The translations under genes and the position numbers were made by a program. This document shows positions 1-9,732 of a stretch of 64,000 bases of DNA, piece by piece (position 1 is the stretch's first letter; each line of letters opens with the position of its first letter). The notes below the pieces were generated by a model that saw only the letters and a program-made list of their open reading frames with translations, was not told where the DNA came from and made no database searches. The stretch comes from Candidatus Shapirobacteria bacterium (lineage in GTDB: Bacteria; Patescibacteriota; Microgenomatia; UBA12405), in assembly GCA_041661765.1 (NCBI GenBank), contig JBAZTV010000002.1:203279-267278 (forward strand), given 5' to 3'.

Positions 1-1092
1 CTCATAAGCATCAATAGAACCAAGATTTGGACTTCCTAAATTAACAACATTTTCCAATCTCGAATCATTTTTATTATCTTCTGCCCAAATTCTCGAAACC
101 AAACCACCTAAACTATGCCCAATTAAAATAACTTTTTCATCATTTCCAACTTTTTCGTCAATAAAATTATCTAAATTAGTAACAATTTCACTCACCGGTC
201 TCCTCCAATCATAATTCCAAATATAAAAATCCACATCTTCCTCCAGACCGTTTTCTTTCAACGCACTTATCAAACCATCATAATTTTTAACAAACGGCGT
301 CATTTTCCATTGATCAGCATTTACCTCCTTATTATAAACAATCGCGTCTGTGTTCCAACTCGCCCCAAGACCAGGAAGAATTATTATTTTTGGCTTAACA
401 ATAGGAGTCTCAATATCATCATAAATAAAATCTCCAATAATTAAATTATCAAATAAATTTTTAGTTGATCTCTGATAATAATTACCACCCCAATTATAAA
501 AACCAAAACTCCCATTTAAAATCGGATCCGTTTCATCATTAATATTAATTATTAAAATTGAATCAAAATATACCTCTATATTAGAATTATTTGCTTCAAT
601 TATAATTTTATGAACTTCGTTTTGAGTTAATTTTATTTGACTAAGACTATTAAAAGTCGATAATCTTTTATATCCCACATTAGAATCATATTTCCATAAA
701 ACTATTTCTCCCCCATCTTGAGGCCATAAAGGATCTTTAAATCTTAAATTTAATAAATAGAATTTATTTCTATCTTCAGAAACTCTAAAAACAATATCTT
801 GATCAACGCCACTCTTATTTAAAGAATCAAATCTTATAGAATAATTAGATAAATTCCAAAAAGACTTGGCTAATAAAAAAGATGACCCTCCGTAAGTTAC
901 TTCACCAACAATTTGTTGATCAACAATTTTCCAACTTTCCTGACCAGAACTACCAGCAACAAAAATCCAATTATCTAAATTGTTTTGATCAAAATTATCA
1001 GAAAAATACGTGACTGCATTAGTCTCTTTTACACTAAATACAAATGATAAAATTAAAAAGAAAATAAAAAATATTTTTGTTTTAATACACAC
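1..1092 (-). CDS. Secreted alpha/beta-hydrolase, lipase-like. Partial: the C-terminus lies beyond the window edge.
   Basis: Absent from the ORF track because the minus-strand frame stays open from a GTG at 1092 (preceded by an in-frame TAA) to position 1. The N-terminus is hydrophobic and signal-like (CIKTKIFFIFFLILSFVFS). A GHSLGG (GxSxG nucleophile elbow) and a PGLGASW motif occur near the window edge. Confidence 0.5.
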   Translation of the reverse strand, partial: MCIKTKIFFIFFLILSFVFSVKETNAVTYFSDNFDQNNLDNWIFVAGSSGQESWKIVDQQIVGEVTYGGSSFLLAKSFWNLSNYSIRFDSLNKSGVDQDIVFRVSEDRNKFYLLNLRFKDPLWPQDGGEIVLWKYDSNVGYKRLSTFNSLSQIKLTQNEVHKIIIEANNSNIEVYFDSILIININDETDPILNGSFGFYNWGGNYYQRSTKNLFDNLIIGDFIYDDIETPIVKPKIIILPGLGASWNTDAIVYNKEVNADQWKMTPFVKNYDGLISALKENGLEEDVDFYIWNYDWRRPVSEIVTNLDNFIDEKVGNDEKVILIGHSLGGLVSRIWAEDNKNDSRLENVVNLGSPNLGSIDAYE

Positions 1093-1119
1093 AATTTAAA
1101 TGTAAATTATTTATCAAAT

Positions 1120-1980
1120 ATGTCAACCGGCAAAAACACAACCCTAATAATAGTAAATTACAATTCCTCCAAAAATACTAATAAACTTCTTTTATCGCTC
1201 AAAAAACATATTTATTTATATATAAACGAAATTATAATTATTGATAACAATTCTAAAGATATTAAAAATCTAAATATTAATGACCAAAAAATAGAACTAA
1301 TAAAAAATAATAAAAATTTTGGATTTGCTAAGGCTGTTAATCAAGGAATCGACAAATCAAAAAACGATATTTTAATTTTATTAAATCCAGATACCACTAT
1401 TATCAACAACAACATTCTAAAAACCATTAAATTAATTAACAGTGATAAAAACATTGGAATAATAGGAGGGAAAATAAAATATGAACATAAAAAAATATTT
1501 ACAGCCAATAATACTCCAACGTTTTTAACTGGCCTTTTTGAATTCACAAATCTTAAAAAAATATTTCCAAACAATAAATACACCTCAATTTTTTGGCCAG
1601 AAAAAAATCAAAAAATAACAAAACCAATAGAAGTATCAGGAATTTGTGGAGCCTATTTAATTTTTAGAAAATACGATAAAAAAGGCAAAATAAATTACCT
1701 TAATGAAGATTATTTTTTATATTTAGAAGATCTAGATTTTTGTTTAAATATGAAATCTAAAGGTTTTAAAATTATTTTTGATCCAAGATCAGAAGTGTTT
1801 CATATAGGTGGAGCCAGTAGTAAAAATAAATACAATATGGCCCTAAATCATTGGTATAAATCAAGAAAAATATTCTTTAAATCACATCTTAATAGAGTTG
1901 AAGGTATAATATTAAATACTATATTTACACTAGAAGAAATAATTTTAAAAATCCGTCTATTAACAATAAACCATGATTAA
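1120..1980 (+). CDS. Glycosyltransferase family 2
   Basis: The N-terminus IIVNYNSS...IIIDNNSKD...LLNPDT matches the GT2 Rossmann/DXD region. Size is 286 aa. Confidence 0.7.
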   Translation: MSTGKNTTLIIVNYNSSKNTNKLLLSLKKHIYLYINEIIIIDNNSKDIKNLNINDQKIELIKNNKNFGFAKAVNQGIDKSKNDILILLNPDTTIINNNILKTIKLINSDKNIGIIGGKIKYEHKKIFTANNTPTFLTGLFEFTNLKKIFPNNKYTSIFWPEKNQKITKPIEVSGICGAYLIFRKYDKKGKINYLNEDYFLYLEDLDFCLNMKSKGFKIIFDPRSEVFHIGGASSKNKYNMALNHWYKSRKIFFKSHLNRVEGIILNTIFTLEEIILKIRLLTINHD

Positions 1981-2746
1981 AAAACGTCACATCTCCATTC
2001 TTCTTCTCACCCACAACGAAGAATCAAACCTTCAAAAATACTGGACCTGGTTGGATAAATCTAAAACCATTAACGAAATAATCGTTATAGACGATAACTC
2101 TACCGACAAAACCACAGAAATTTTAAAAAAAATAGAAACAAAAAAAATCAAAGTTAAAATTTTTGAAAAGGAACTAGAAAATAATTTTTCCAATCAACGC
2201 AATTTTGGCATCACTAAAACTACTAACAATTGGATTCTCTGGCTCGACGCCGACGAAAAACCAAGCAAAAGTTTAATCCGATTTTTAAATCATATCGACA
2301 ATTTTCAATATAAAAATTATGCTTTCAAAAGAAAAGATGTCTTCATCGGTCATGAATTAAACCATGGTGAAAACACCAATCAATATTTTTTAAGGTTTTT
2401 CAATAAAAAATATGGCTGCTTTGCTGGCGCAGTCCATGAGATTTGGCAAACTCCAAAAGAAATCGAATATAAAAAATTACACATTCATCATTATCCACAT
2501 CAATCTTTAAAATCTTTTATCAAAAAAATAAATTTTTACACTGATATTCGTGCCCAAGAATTATACGATCAAAATCAAAAGAGTAATTTATTCCAAATAA
2601 TTTTTTATCCATTAGGCAAATTTATTCAAGACTATTTCTTTAAACTTGGGTTTCTAGACGCCACTCCTGGAATTATTATGGCTCTTGGTATGAGTTTCCA
2701 TTCATTTTTAGTCCGAGCTAAACTATGGCATTTGTCACACCAATAA
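1973..2746 (+). CDS. Glycosyltransferase family 2 (LPS-core-type)
   Basis: LLTHNEESNL...VIDDNSTDKTTEIL...WLDADE motifs. Overlaps the upstream GT2 gene by 8 nt, indicating an operon. Confidence 0.7.
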   Translation: MIKKRHISILLLTHNEESNLQKYWTWLDKSKTINEIIVIDDNSTDKTTEILKKIETKKIKVKIFEKELENNFSNQRNFGITKTTNNWILWLDADEKPSKSLIRFLNHIDNFQYKNYAFKRKDVFIGHELNHGENTNQYFLRFFNKKYGCFAGAVHEIWQTPKEIEYKKLHIHHYPHQSLKSFIKKINFYTDIRAQELYDQNQKSNLFQIIFYPLGKFIQDYFFKLGFLDATPGIIMALGMSFHSFLVRAKLWHLSHQ

Positions 2747-3801
2747 TTTATTTATCCACAATCATTGCCTTCTTTTTTGGTCAATTATTAAGAATCGATC
2801 TAAAAGGTATTTCATTTCCCTTAATAGATATCTTTATTGCCGCTATTTTTTGTTTAAATATTTTTCAAAAAATAAAAACCAAGGAATTTAAGATTAAAAA
2901 TAAATATTTACTTTATTTTCTAATTTTCGCTTGGCTCAATTTTGTTTTTAACTTCTTCAGATATCATTTTGATGTAATCAAGCCAATTTTATATTTATTT
3001 AGATTAACTTTTCTACTCTCATTTTTTATTTTTCCACCAAAAATAGACAAAAAAATAAAAAAAATTTTCTATTTAATTATTTTCAGCAATGTTATTTTTG
3101 GATTAATCCAGTATTTTTTCTGGCCAGATTTTACTAATTTCAAATATCTAAATTGGGACCCACATTTATATCGTTTAGTCAGTACTTTTTTTGATCCAAC
3201 TTTTACTGCTTTAATCTACCTATTTCTAATCATCATTGTTTTTTTAAACAAAAAAATTCCTTTTAGAAAAACTATTTTAGTAATTTCTTATTTATCCATG
3301 GCCTTAACTTATAGTCGTTCTAGCTATATTTCCTTTTTTATCGCTTTCATTTTTATTGCCTATCAAAAAAAGAGTTTTAAAATTTTTATTTTCAGTTCGA
3401 TTTTAATTTTTTCCACTATTTTTTTATTACCTCGTTTTGAAGGTGAGGGGACTAAGCTTGAGAGAATTTCCTCTATTTCGGCTAAAGTTGAAAACTACAA
3501 AGAAGGCTTCGATTTATTTTTAAAATCTCCTATTATTGGTCACGGCTACAATAATCTTTTATATGTTCGTCAAGTTAACAATCCCAATTCTCATGCCAAT
3601 TCAGGATTCGACGGATCACTAATGACCATTTTAACTAGTCTAGGTATTATTGGTTTAGTTCTTTTCACTCTAGGACTAAAAAATATATTCAATCAAGGCA
3701 GTTTAATAACAAAAACCATCCTCGTCTCTGTCTTCGTCCATTCTCTTTTTGCAAACTCACTTTTATACCCTTGGATCTTACTCTTCTTTATCTTTATTTA
3801 A
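2725..3801 (+). CDS. O-antigen ligase / Wzy-like polytopic membrane protein
   Basis: About 10 predicted TM helices. An LTYSRSSYISFF segment resembles the Wzy_C/O-antigen ligase loop. It sits in the same operon as the two GT2 genes. Confidence 0.5.
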   Translation: MAFVTPIIYLSTIIAFFFGQLLRIDLKGISFPLIDIFIAAIFCLNIFQKIKTKEFKIKNKYLLYFLIFAWLNFVFNFFRYHFDVIKPILYLFRLTFLLSFFIFPPKIDKKIKKIFYLIIFSNVIFGLIQYFFWPDFTNFKYLNWDPHLYRLVSTFFDPTFTALIYLFLIIIVFLNKKIPFRKTILVISYLSMALTYSRSSYISFFIAFIFIAYQKKSFKIFIFSSILIFSTIFLLPRFEGEGTKLERISSISAKVENYKEGFDLFLKSPIIGHGYNNLLYVRQVNNPNSHANSGFDGSLMTILTSLGIIGLVLFTLGLKNIFNQGSLITKTILVSVFVHSLFANSLLYPWILLFFIFI

Positions 3802-4514
3802 ATATCGTAAGTAATAGATATTGTTTTTTTAGTTTCATTTAAAGCTGTATCTTTAACCACTATTCCGATATCATTTTTACCAGAATTTAATTGTATTTTT
3901 AATTTAAAATTACCATCACTATCAACAATTGCTACCTTACCATTAACTGTCACATTCACCCCTTTCTCGCTTTTTCCAGTAATATCAAAATCAGCCGAAT
4001 CCACTGTTAGTGAATCTTCACTTGGATTAGACATCGTCAATTCTGGCGATACAATATCGAAAAGAACTGATACTATTTTTGAAACTTCACTACTTCCACC
4101 TATTTCTTTAGTTGCTTTTGCTGAAAAATTATTTTCACCTTCACTTAATTCAATATCTTCAAAAGAAAAATTTCCATCAACTGTAACATCAGTTTTACCA
4201 ATTGATTGATCATTATTAAACAATTCCACCACCGATTCAGCTTCAGCAAAACCATCAATTTTAATCTGACGACTACTAGTTGCTTCAAAAGGAACTATTA
4301 AACGAGGAGCCAATGGAGGAACAATATTTTCACTCGTAGTGTCTTTTTGGCTTTTAGTATTACCTAAAAGAATTGAGAATTTAATCAAAAGAGGTAATCC
4401 AAAAACAATAATCAACACAAAAACAAAAACTGTCAAAAACCCCAAAAAAACAGTCTTTTTGGTTATCTGTTCATCTTTTTTTCTTTCTAGTCTTGATCTT
4501 TTAAACTCTGGCAT
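3798..4514 (-). CDS. Membrane-anchored surface protein with Ig-like fold
   Basis: N-terminal TM anchor (FLGFLTVFVFVLIIVFGLPLL) followed by a beta-rich T/V/D/G/N-rich ectodomain. Confidence 0.45.
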   Translation of the reverse strand: MPEFKRSRLERKKDEQITKKTVFLGFLTVFVFVLIIVFGLPLLIKFSILLGNTKSQKDTTSENIVPPLAPRLIVPFEATSSRQIKIDGFAEAESVVELFNNDQSIGKTDVTVDGNFSFEDIELSEGENNFSAKATKEIGGSSEVSKIVSVLFDIVSPELTMSNPSEDSLTVDSADFDITGKSEKGVNVTVNGKVAIVDSDGNFKLKIQLNSGKNDIGIVVKDTALNETKKTISITYDI

Positions 4515-4717
4515 ATGTTTCTACATTATACATTATTAATATATTCTCTCCTTTTTCAAATGAGGAGAACCCTCAATTTATCGGAATAAACAGATTTTAA
4601 GAGCCGAAATAAAAAATAATCTGTTTGAATCAAATTTTACTTTAGGAACTGAAATAAAACAATATTTTTAATTTTAGTTTTTTACTATATTTTCAATTTA
4701 AAAAGTTTTTATTTCAG

Positions 4718-4790
4718 AGCCGAAGGGGAGAGTCGAACTCCCGACCCCAGCTTTACGAAAGCTATGCTCTACCAACTGAGCTACTCCGGC
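4718..4790 (-). tRNA. tRNA-Thr (anticodon CGT)
   Basis: Cloverleaf folded by hand. Acceptor GCCGGAG/CTTCGGC, D-arm TAGCTCAGTTGGTAGAGC, anticodon loop TTCGTAA, T-loop TTCGACT. Length 73 nt. Confidence 0.8.
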
Positions 4791-4795
4791 ACGAG

Positions 4796-4866
4796 AGCGG
4801 CTAGAGGGAATCGAACTCTCGACCTATCCTTGGGAAGGATATGTTTTACCACTAAACTATAGCCGC
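4796..4866 (-). tRNA. tRNA-Gly (anticodon CCC)
   Basis: Acceptor GCGGCTA/TAGCCGC, anticodon stem TATCC/GGATA, loop TTCCCAA, T-loop TTCGATT. Confidence 0.75.
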
Positions 4867-4887
4867 ATTCGCTTTATTTTACCACGC

Positions 4888-5469
4888 TTATAGTGTTGGA
4901 ATTTTAATTGTCATTCCAATTTCCAATAAACCAGCATGCGGAATTATTGCTTTATTCTCTTGCCAAATATTCACCCACTTATATCCATCTCCATAAGCTT
5001 TAACCGCAATTTTCCATAAATTATCGTTTTTAACTACTTTATAGTCGCTTCCTTGATCAATTTTATTATCAACTTTATCTGTTGAAGCAATAACAGCTTC
5101 TATTATTGGCATTTTTAATTTTTGACCCACATAAAGTATTGATGCATTTTTTAGATTATTTGCCTTTGCAATTTTTGACCAGGCATAACCATCGTTATAT
5201 TTCTTTTCTGCAATTTTCCATAAATTATCACCTTTAACCACAGTATAAGAATTTTCTTCTTCCTGTTTTTGTTTAATCGCTTCTTCCGACAAAGTAATAT
5301 CACTGGCTCCAGGAATTTCCACTGTACCATTCTTTCTTTGGATAAAATTAAAAATCAAAGACACTACTACCACCATAATCGCCAATCCCAACAACATACT
5401 TACAAACTCTTCTGAAGATTTAAAATATTTTTTACCTGCTTTAAACATATTTTTTATTATAAACAGCAA
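4888..5469 (-). CDS. LysM-domain peptidoglycan-binding protein, membrane anchored
   Basis: N-terminal TM helix, then two tandem LysM repeats (YTVVKGDNLWKIA...; YKVVKNDNLWKIA...). Confidence 0.7.
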   Translation of the reverse strand: MLFIIKNMFKAGKKYFKSSEEFVSMLLGLAIMVVVVSLIFNFIQRKNGTVEIPGASDITLSEEAIKQKQEEENSYTVVKGDNLWKIAEKKYNDGYAWSKIAKANNLKNASILYVGQKLKMPIIEAVIASTDKVDNKIDQGSDYKVVKNDNLWKIAVKAYGDGYKWVNIWQENKAIIPHAGLLEIGMTIKIPTL

Positions 5470-5532
5470 CTAATAATTTTTGCTGAACTTATAATAATGT
5501 ACAAAACAATTTTAAAATAGTCAATGCAGCTA

Positions 5533-5835
5533 TTATTTTCTTGTTCTAATTTCTATTTCAGAAAAATTATTTTCACCTAAATTTCCAATAAATTGTAATA
5601 TATTTCTGGTAAAAATTTTAAACGGTTCTATATTAAACCTATAAATTCTTTGTTTTCCCAAAATACGACTTTCCACCAACTTCGCTTTTCGTAAAATAGA
5701 CAAATGGTTAGACAGTGTTGCTTGAGTTATCTCAAAATTTTTCAACAACTCATTCACCGACATTTCTCCATTTCTCAATAGTGTTAAAATTTTTCTCCTA
5801 TTAATATCGGCCATCGCTTTAAATATTTTGTCCAT
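5533..5835 (-). CDS. ArsR-family HTH transcriptional regulator
   Basis: INRRKILTLL...MSVNELLKNFEITQATLSNHLSILRKAKLV matches the ArsR/SmtB winged helix. Confidence 0.6.
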   Translation of the reverse strand: MDKIFKAMADINRRKILTLLRNGEMSVNELLKNFEITQATLSNHLSILRKAKLVESRILGKQRIYRFNIEPFKIFTRNILQFIGNLGENNFSEIEIRTRK

Positions 5836-5885
5836 AATCGTATTATATCGACAAACATCAATATATTCAAAACAAGAATATCAAC

Positions 5886-6533
5886 TTGATTATTAAAAAC
5901 ATTTCAGAGAAAATACAGCATATGAAAAACTTTGATAATAAACAAGAACAAACTTTAGTTATTGTTAAACCAGACGGTGTCCAGAGAGGATTAATCGGCG
6001 AAGTCATAAAAAGATATGAAACTTGTGGCCTCAAATTAGTAGCCCTAAAAATGCTTATTCCTACTAAAGAATTAGCTCTTAAACATTATTCCACTGATCC
6101 AAACTGGGCCTTAAAAACCGGCACTAAGTCTTTTGAATCATACAAAAGTAAAGGCTTATCAACTCCAGGCAATGATCCAATCAAATTTGCTGAAACCATT
6201 AGGGAGAAAATAGTTGATTTTATAAGCAGTGGCCCAGTCGTTGCTATGATCTGGCAAGGCATGGGGGCAGTCGCCATTGTAAGAAAGATTACTGGTTCGA
6301 CTGAACCATTAGCCTCTGCCCCTGGAACCATTCGTGGTGATTACACTATCGATTCATATTCCTCGTCAGATATAGACAACCGTTCTGTTAGAAATATTAT
6401 TCACTCATCTGAGTCTGTTGATGAGGCTTCAAAAGAAATTCCAATTTGGTTTGATAAAAAAGAAATACTAAGTTTCAGACTCATCTCTGAAGAAATTATT
6501 TACGATGTCAATCTCGACGGCATTTTAGAGTAA
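5886..6533 (+). CDS. ndk: Nucleoside diphosphate kinase with internal insertion and C-terminal extension
   Basis: LVIVKPDGVQRGLIGEVIKRYE...NIIHSSES (active-site His retained). 215 aa against the usual ~140 aa. The true start may be the internal Met at 5922. Confidence 0.7.
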   Translation: MIIKNISEKIQHMKNFDNKQEQTLVIVKPDGVQRGLIGEVIKRYETCGLKLVALKMLIPTKELALKHYSTDPNWALKTGTKSFESYKSKGLSTPGNDPIKFAETIREKIVDFISSGPVVAMIWQGMGAVAIVRKITGSTEPLASAPGTIRGDYTIDSYSSSDIDNRSVRNIIHSSESVDEASKEIPIWFDKKEILSFRLISEEIIYDVNLDGILE

Positions 6534-6640
6534 ACCAAGTTTAAATATCTAAATCTTATTTCTGGTATAATAGCTAAGTATATTTATTCGGCCTCCTAAA
6601 TAATTCGCTTTTATTTTTTAACGATATCTACTTAAATTTT

Positions 6641-7153
6641 ATGACAGAAATTAAAAACACTTTTTCAATTGGTGATTACATTATTGATTTCGAAAATATT
6701 TATCAAATCACCAGTCAAAAAGATCAAAAAGACCTTTCAGATAAAACCATTTCCTATTTTTTTTACGAACCCATTGATGAGCTAAACAATAGAACTACTT
6801 ATTCAACTCCAATTGATAATATTTTTAAAAGCGGTCTACGACATTTAATTAATCAAGACATCGCTAAAAAGTTATATAAAGAAGCAGAAGAAAAAATTGA
6901 CCATGACACCATTCTGGATTATAAATCAATCAAAGAAACACTTTATCAAAATGACCCTGGAAAAGATCTCATCATATTAAAGCAATTATTTTTAGAAAAA
7001 GAAAAAACTCAAGAAAAATTCTCAAGAACCAACAAAGAAACCTTAGAGTCAATTTTAAAACACATTTCTAGTGAAATCGCCTTTGTTACTAAAAAACCAA
7101 TTGTTACCGTCCAAGAGAAACTCACTTCTTTAATCCAAAAAGCCATTAAATAA
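6641..7153 (+). CDS. Hypothetical protein
   Basis: ORF only; no recognisable motif. Confidence 0.4.
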   Translation: MTEIKNTFSIGDYIIDFENIYQITSQKDQKDLSDKTISYFFYEPIDELNNRTTYSTPIDNIFKSGLRHLINQDIAKKLYKEAEEKIDHDTILDYKSIKETLYQNDPGKDLIILKQLFLEKEKTQEKFSRTNKETLESILKHISSEIAFVTKKPIVTVQEKLTSLIQKAIK

Positions 7154-7183
7154 ATTTTTGCGGATTTATCCACATTAATAATT

Positions 7184-8332
7184 TTAATTAACCGTTTGAT
7201 TTTTAGTACGAACACTCAGTTCTTCAACAATTAGTCTAATAAGTTTTTTAGCTTTAATTTCGTTTTTTTTAATAGAAATATTCCAATCTAATCCTGGCCC
7301 AGTATTTCCTTCCAAAAAATAAGTATTGCCATTATTACTAATAATAAAATCCAAAGTAAAAAGAGAATGTTTTTTATTTAAAAGTTTGGCAATTAAATTT
7401 GATTTGGTTATTAATGATTGAGGAATTTTACTTAAGGATAAGTAAGTTAATAAACCACCTTGATGTTCATTACAACGAAATTCACCTGGTTTTGCCGTTC
7501 TAATATATGACTGAATAATTTTGCCATTAAGATAAATCATTCTAATATCAGTAGAAGCAAGACTATTTTTATAACTGAAACCTTTATCAAATTTAGCAAA
7601 AGGCTGAATAATATATGAAATATTATTATTTTTATTAATAACAGCCAACATCTCTTCTGCTTGGTCAATTTTAAACTTATGAATGTGACGTCCACCAGCT
7701 CCATATCGATTTTTCATAACAATATCATCACTAAAATCTGTCGAAGTCGGATGTTTAAAAGTCAATTCAGATAAATTTTTACAATCATTTTTAACACTTT
7801 TAAGAGAATCCCCATTTAACATAATGGTTGGAATTGAATGTTTTGACAATTCTTCGTAAGTTTTATGCTTATCAAAAAATAAACTAAATAAATTAGGATC
7901 ATTAAACGGTTTAATTTCAGATAAAGAAAATAATAATTGACGACGAGCCTTACCAATATTTCTTGTTGGAGAATATTTATCAAAAATTAAAGAGGAATAA
8001 CAATGAGAATTAACCTTGCTCCAAGTTTTGTTTTCAAATTGCCAATAACTACTACAATGCCCAGCTCCAATAATATCTGCTGAAGTTGTAAAAGCAGCAG
8101 TTAATTTAAACTTACTACAAATTTCTAAAAAGTAACCATAAACAAGATTATAGATGGCATTTGAAGAATTAAGAGGAAATGGAGTTTGTTTATCCACTGA
8201 AGTATTAGACGCACTAAAAGCCATCTTCTGGTTGTAGACAATAAGAACATCAAAACAAGTTAATTTGCTCATAAATTTTAAATAATGACTACCAATAACA
8301 GACACAAAAATCAGAGTATCAAAACAAAACAT
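7184..8332 (-). CDS. ATP-grasp family ligase (RimK/GshB-like)
   Basis: ATP-grasp C-terminal motifs: YIIQPF...DIRMIYLNGKIIQSYIRTA.PGEFRCNEHQGG...LDFIISNNGNTYFLEGNTGPGL. Confidence 0.5.
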   Translation of the reverse strand: MFCFDTLIFVSVIGSHYLKFMSKLTCFDVLIVYNQKMAFSASNTSVDKQTPFPLNSSNAIYNLVYGYFLEICSKFKLTAAFTTSADIIGAGHCSSYWQFENKTWSKVNSHCYSSLIFDKYSPTRNIGKARRQLLFSLSEIKPFNDPNLFSLFFDKHKTYEELSKHSIPTIMLNGDSLKSVKNDCKNLSELTFKHPTSTDFSDDIVMKNRYGAGGRHIHKFKIDQAEEMLAVINKNNNISYIIQPFAKFDKGFSYKNSLASTDIRMIYLNGKIIQSYIRTAKPGEFRCNEHQGGLLTYLSLSKIPQSLITKSNLIAKLLNKKHSLFTLDFIISNNGNTYFLEGNTGPGLDWNISIKKNEIKAKKLIRLIVEELSVRTKNQTVN

Positions 8333-8592
8333 TCCTTATTCGGTGAATAGATACATTATACCCTATTTTTAGCCAAAAAAAACAACTTATAGGATATATA
8401 AAATAAATCCTTAACAAAACAGTGGAGTGAACTTGGAAATTATTTAAATAAATAACTTTCAAAAATAAATTTATTCTTTTTTTTCAAGAATATTCATCAC
8501 TTTTAGTAAAATTATGTTAATATAATAACAATATTATTCAAATAATGAGTGATATAGAAGGTGTACTTTCAAAATAAGAAGGAGGGATTTTT

Positions 8593-8796
8593 ATGTCAGG
8601 TCCTGATCCTCGTGAACGCGATTACCCCATACCTGATGACAGATATACCGGCAATCTACAAGGTGGAGGTATTATGAAAAACTCCACTCATTGGGACGAC
8701 CAAGACGGTCACCATCGCGAATCATACAACTATGACCGTGAAGGAAACATGGAAAATCTTCATCATGACAATGAACCCGGACCGTGGAACCGTTAA
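8593..8796 (+). CDS. Small Asp/His/Gly/Pro-rich peptide (67 aa) with anomalous GC content
   Basis: Strong SD (AAGGAGGG, 6 nt before the ATG). GC content is about 45-47%, well above the ~30% background, with many C/G-ending codons. Confidence 0.4.
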   Translation: MSGPDPRERDYPIPDDRYTGNLQGGGIMKNSTHWDDQDGHHRESYNYDREGNMENLHHDNEPGPWNR

Positions 8797-8916
8797 GTTT
8801 CAATTCCAAGCATTTGAACACCTAATCAATCCACAACCCAAAACTCCAACATGATTGGAATAGATAAACTTCGCACCTTCAATATCTATTTCAATCATCC
8901 CTTATACTAAAAATAT

Positions 8917-9513
8917 ATGACAAGCAACAAATATTTTGAAATAGTCAAAAAAACAACTATTGATTTTAAAGAGAGAAGAATTGATGCAGAAGATTTTAAA
9001 AAAACTTTTGACAAACTTGATGAAATTGAAATATATGGGAATTTAGATAAAAATGGATATAAAGGAATCGCTAATTACATCTCCTATGTTATAGAACTAG
9101 ACGATCAAAATACTTTAGAGTCGCAAACTATAGTAAACATAATTGATTTATTTTATTGTTATTTTATTGATAACTACGATTATGTTTGTTCAAAAGATTT
9201 TTATAAATTTCTAAAAATTGGTTTAAGTAAAGAAAATAAAACTCCAATCCAAACATCTTTTAAACAAGCCGTTCAAGATTATTTAGATAAAAAAATCAGT
9301 GATTATTGTTTAGCTTATATCGCTTCTGAATTTTTAAATAATTTAAAGTTTTTTGAAAAAGAAATAAAAGAAGACAAAGAATTATCTAATGCATTAAATA
9401 TAGCTCCAAAACTAAAACCAACTAAATTACTAGAAGACTTAACTCCAAAAGAAATTGAAAACAAAAAAGATATAGACAAGAAACTGACAAAATATTTAAA
9501 AACAATTAAATAA
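8917..9513 (+). CDS. Hypothetical protein
   Basis: ORF only. A-ending codon usage differs from the core genes. Confidence 0.4.
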   Translation: MTSNKYFEIVKKTTIDFKERRIDAEDFKKTFDKLDEIEIYGNLDKNGYKGIANYISYVIELDDQNTLESQTIVNIIDLFYCYFIDNYDYVCSKDFYKFLKIGLSKENKTPIQTSFKQAVQDYLDKKISDYCLAYIASEFLNNLKFFEKEIKEDKELSNALNIAPKLKPTKLLEDLTPKEIENKKDIDKKLTKYLKTIK

Positions 9514-9564
9514 TATTTCACTTTGGAACATTAAAAAATCCCCTAAAATAGGGGATTAACATAC

Positions 9565-9641
9565 TGGCGGGCCCGATGGGATTCGAACCCACGATCTTCC
9601 GCGTGACAGGCGGATGTGCTAGACCGCTGCACCACGAGCCC
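9565..9641 (-). tRNA. tRNA-Asp (anticodon GTC), CCA encoded
   Basis: Acceptor GGGCTCG/CGGGCCC, anticodon stem-loop TCCGC-CTGTCAC-GCGGA, T-loop TTCGAAT, 3' GCCA. Confidence 0.85.
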
Positions 9642-9732
9642 ATTGGTCTAATTATCTTGATACTATACCAAAACTTCACCAAACAAACAATAAACTAATT
9701 ATTTATTTTATCTAATGTCATATAATTAACAT

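Noticed and set aside
4598-4728. The 9-mer AGAGCCGAA at 4600 repeats the 3' end of tRNA-Thr 120 bp away; a possible att scar.
   Set aside because: It is only 9 nt. There is no intervening gene content and no integrase. A match of that length can occur by chance.
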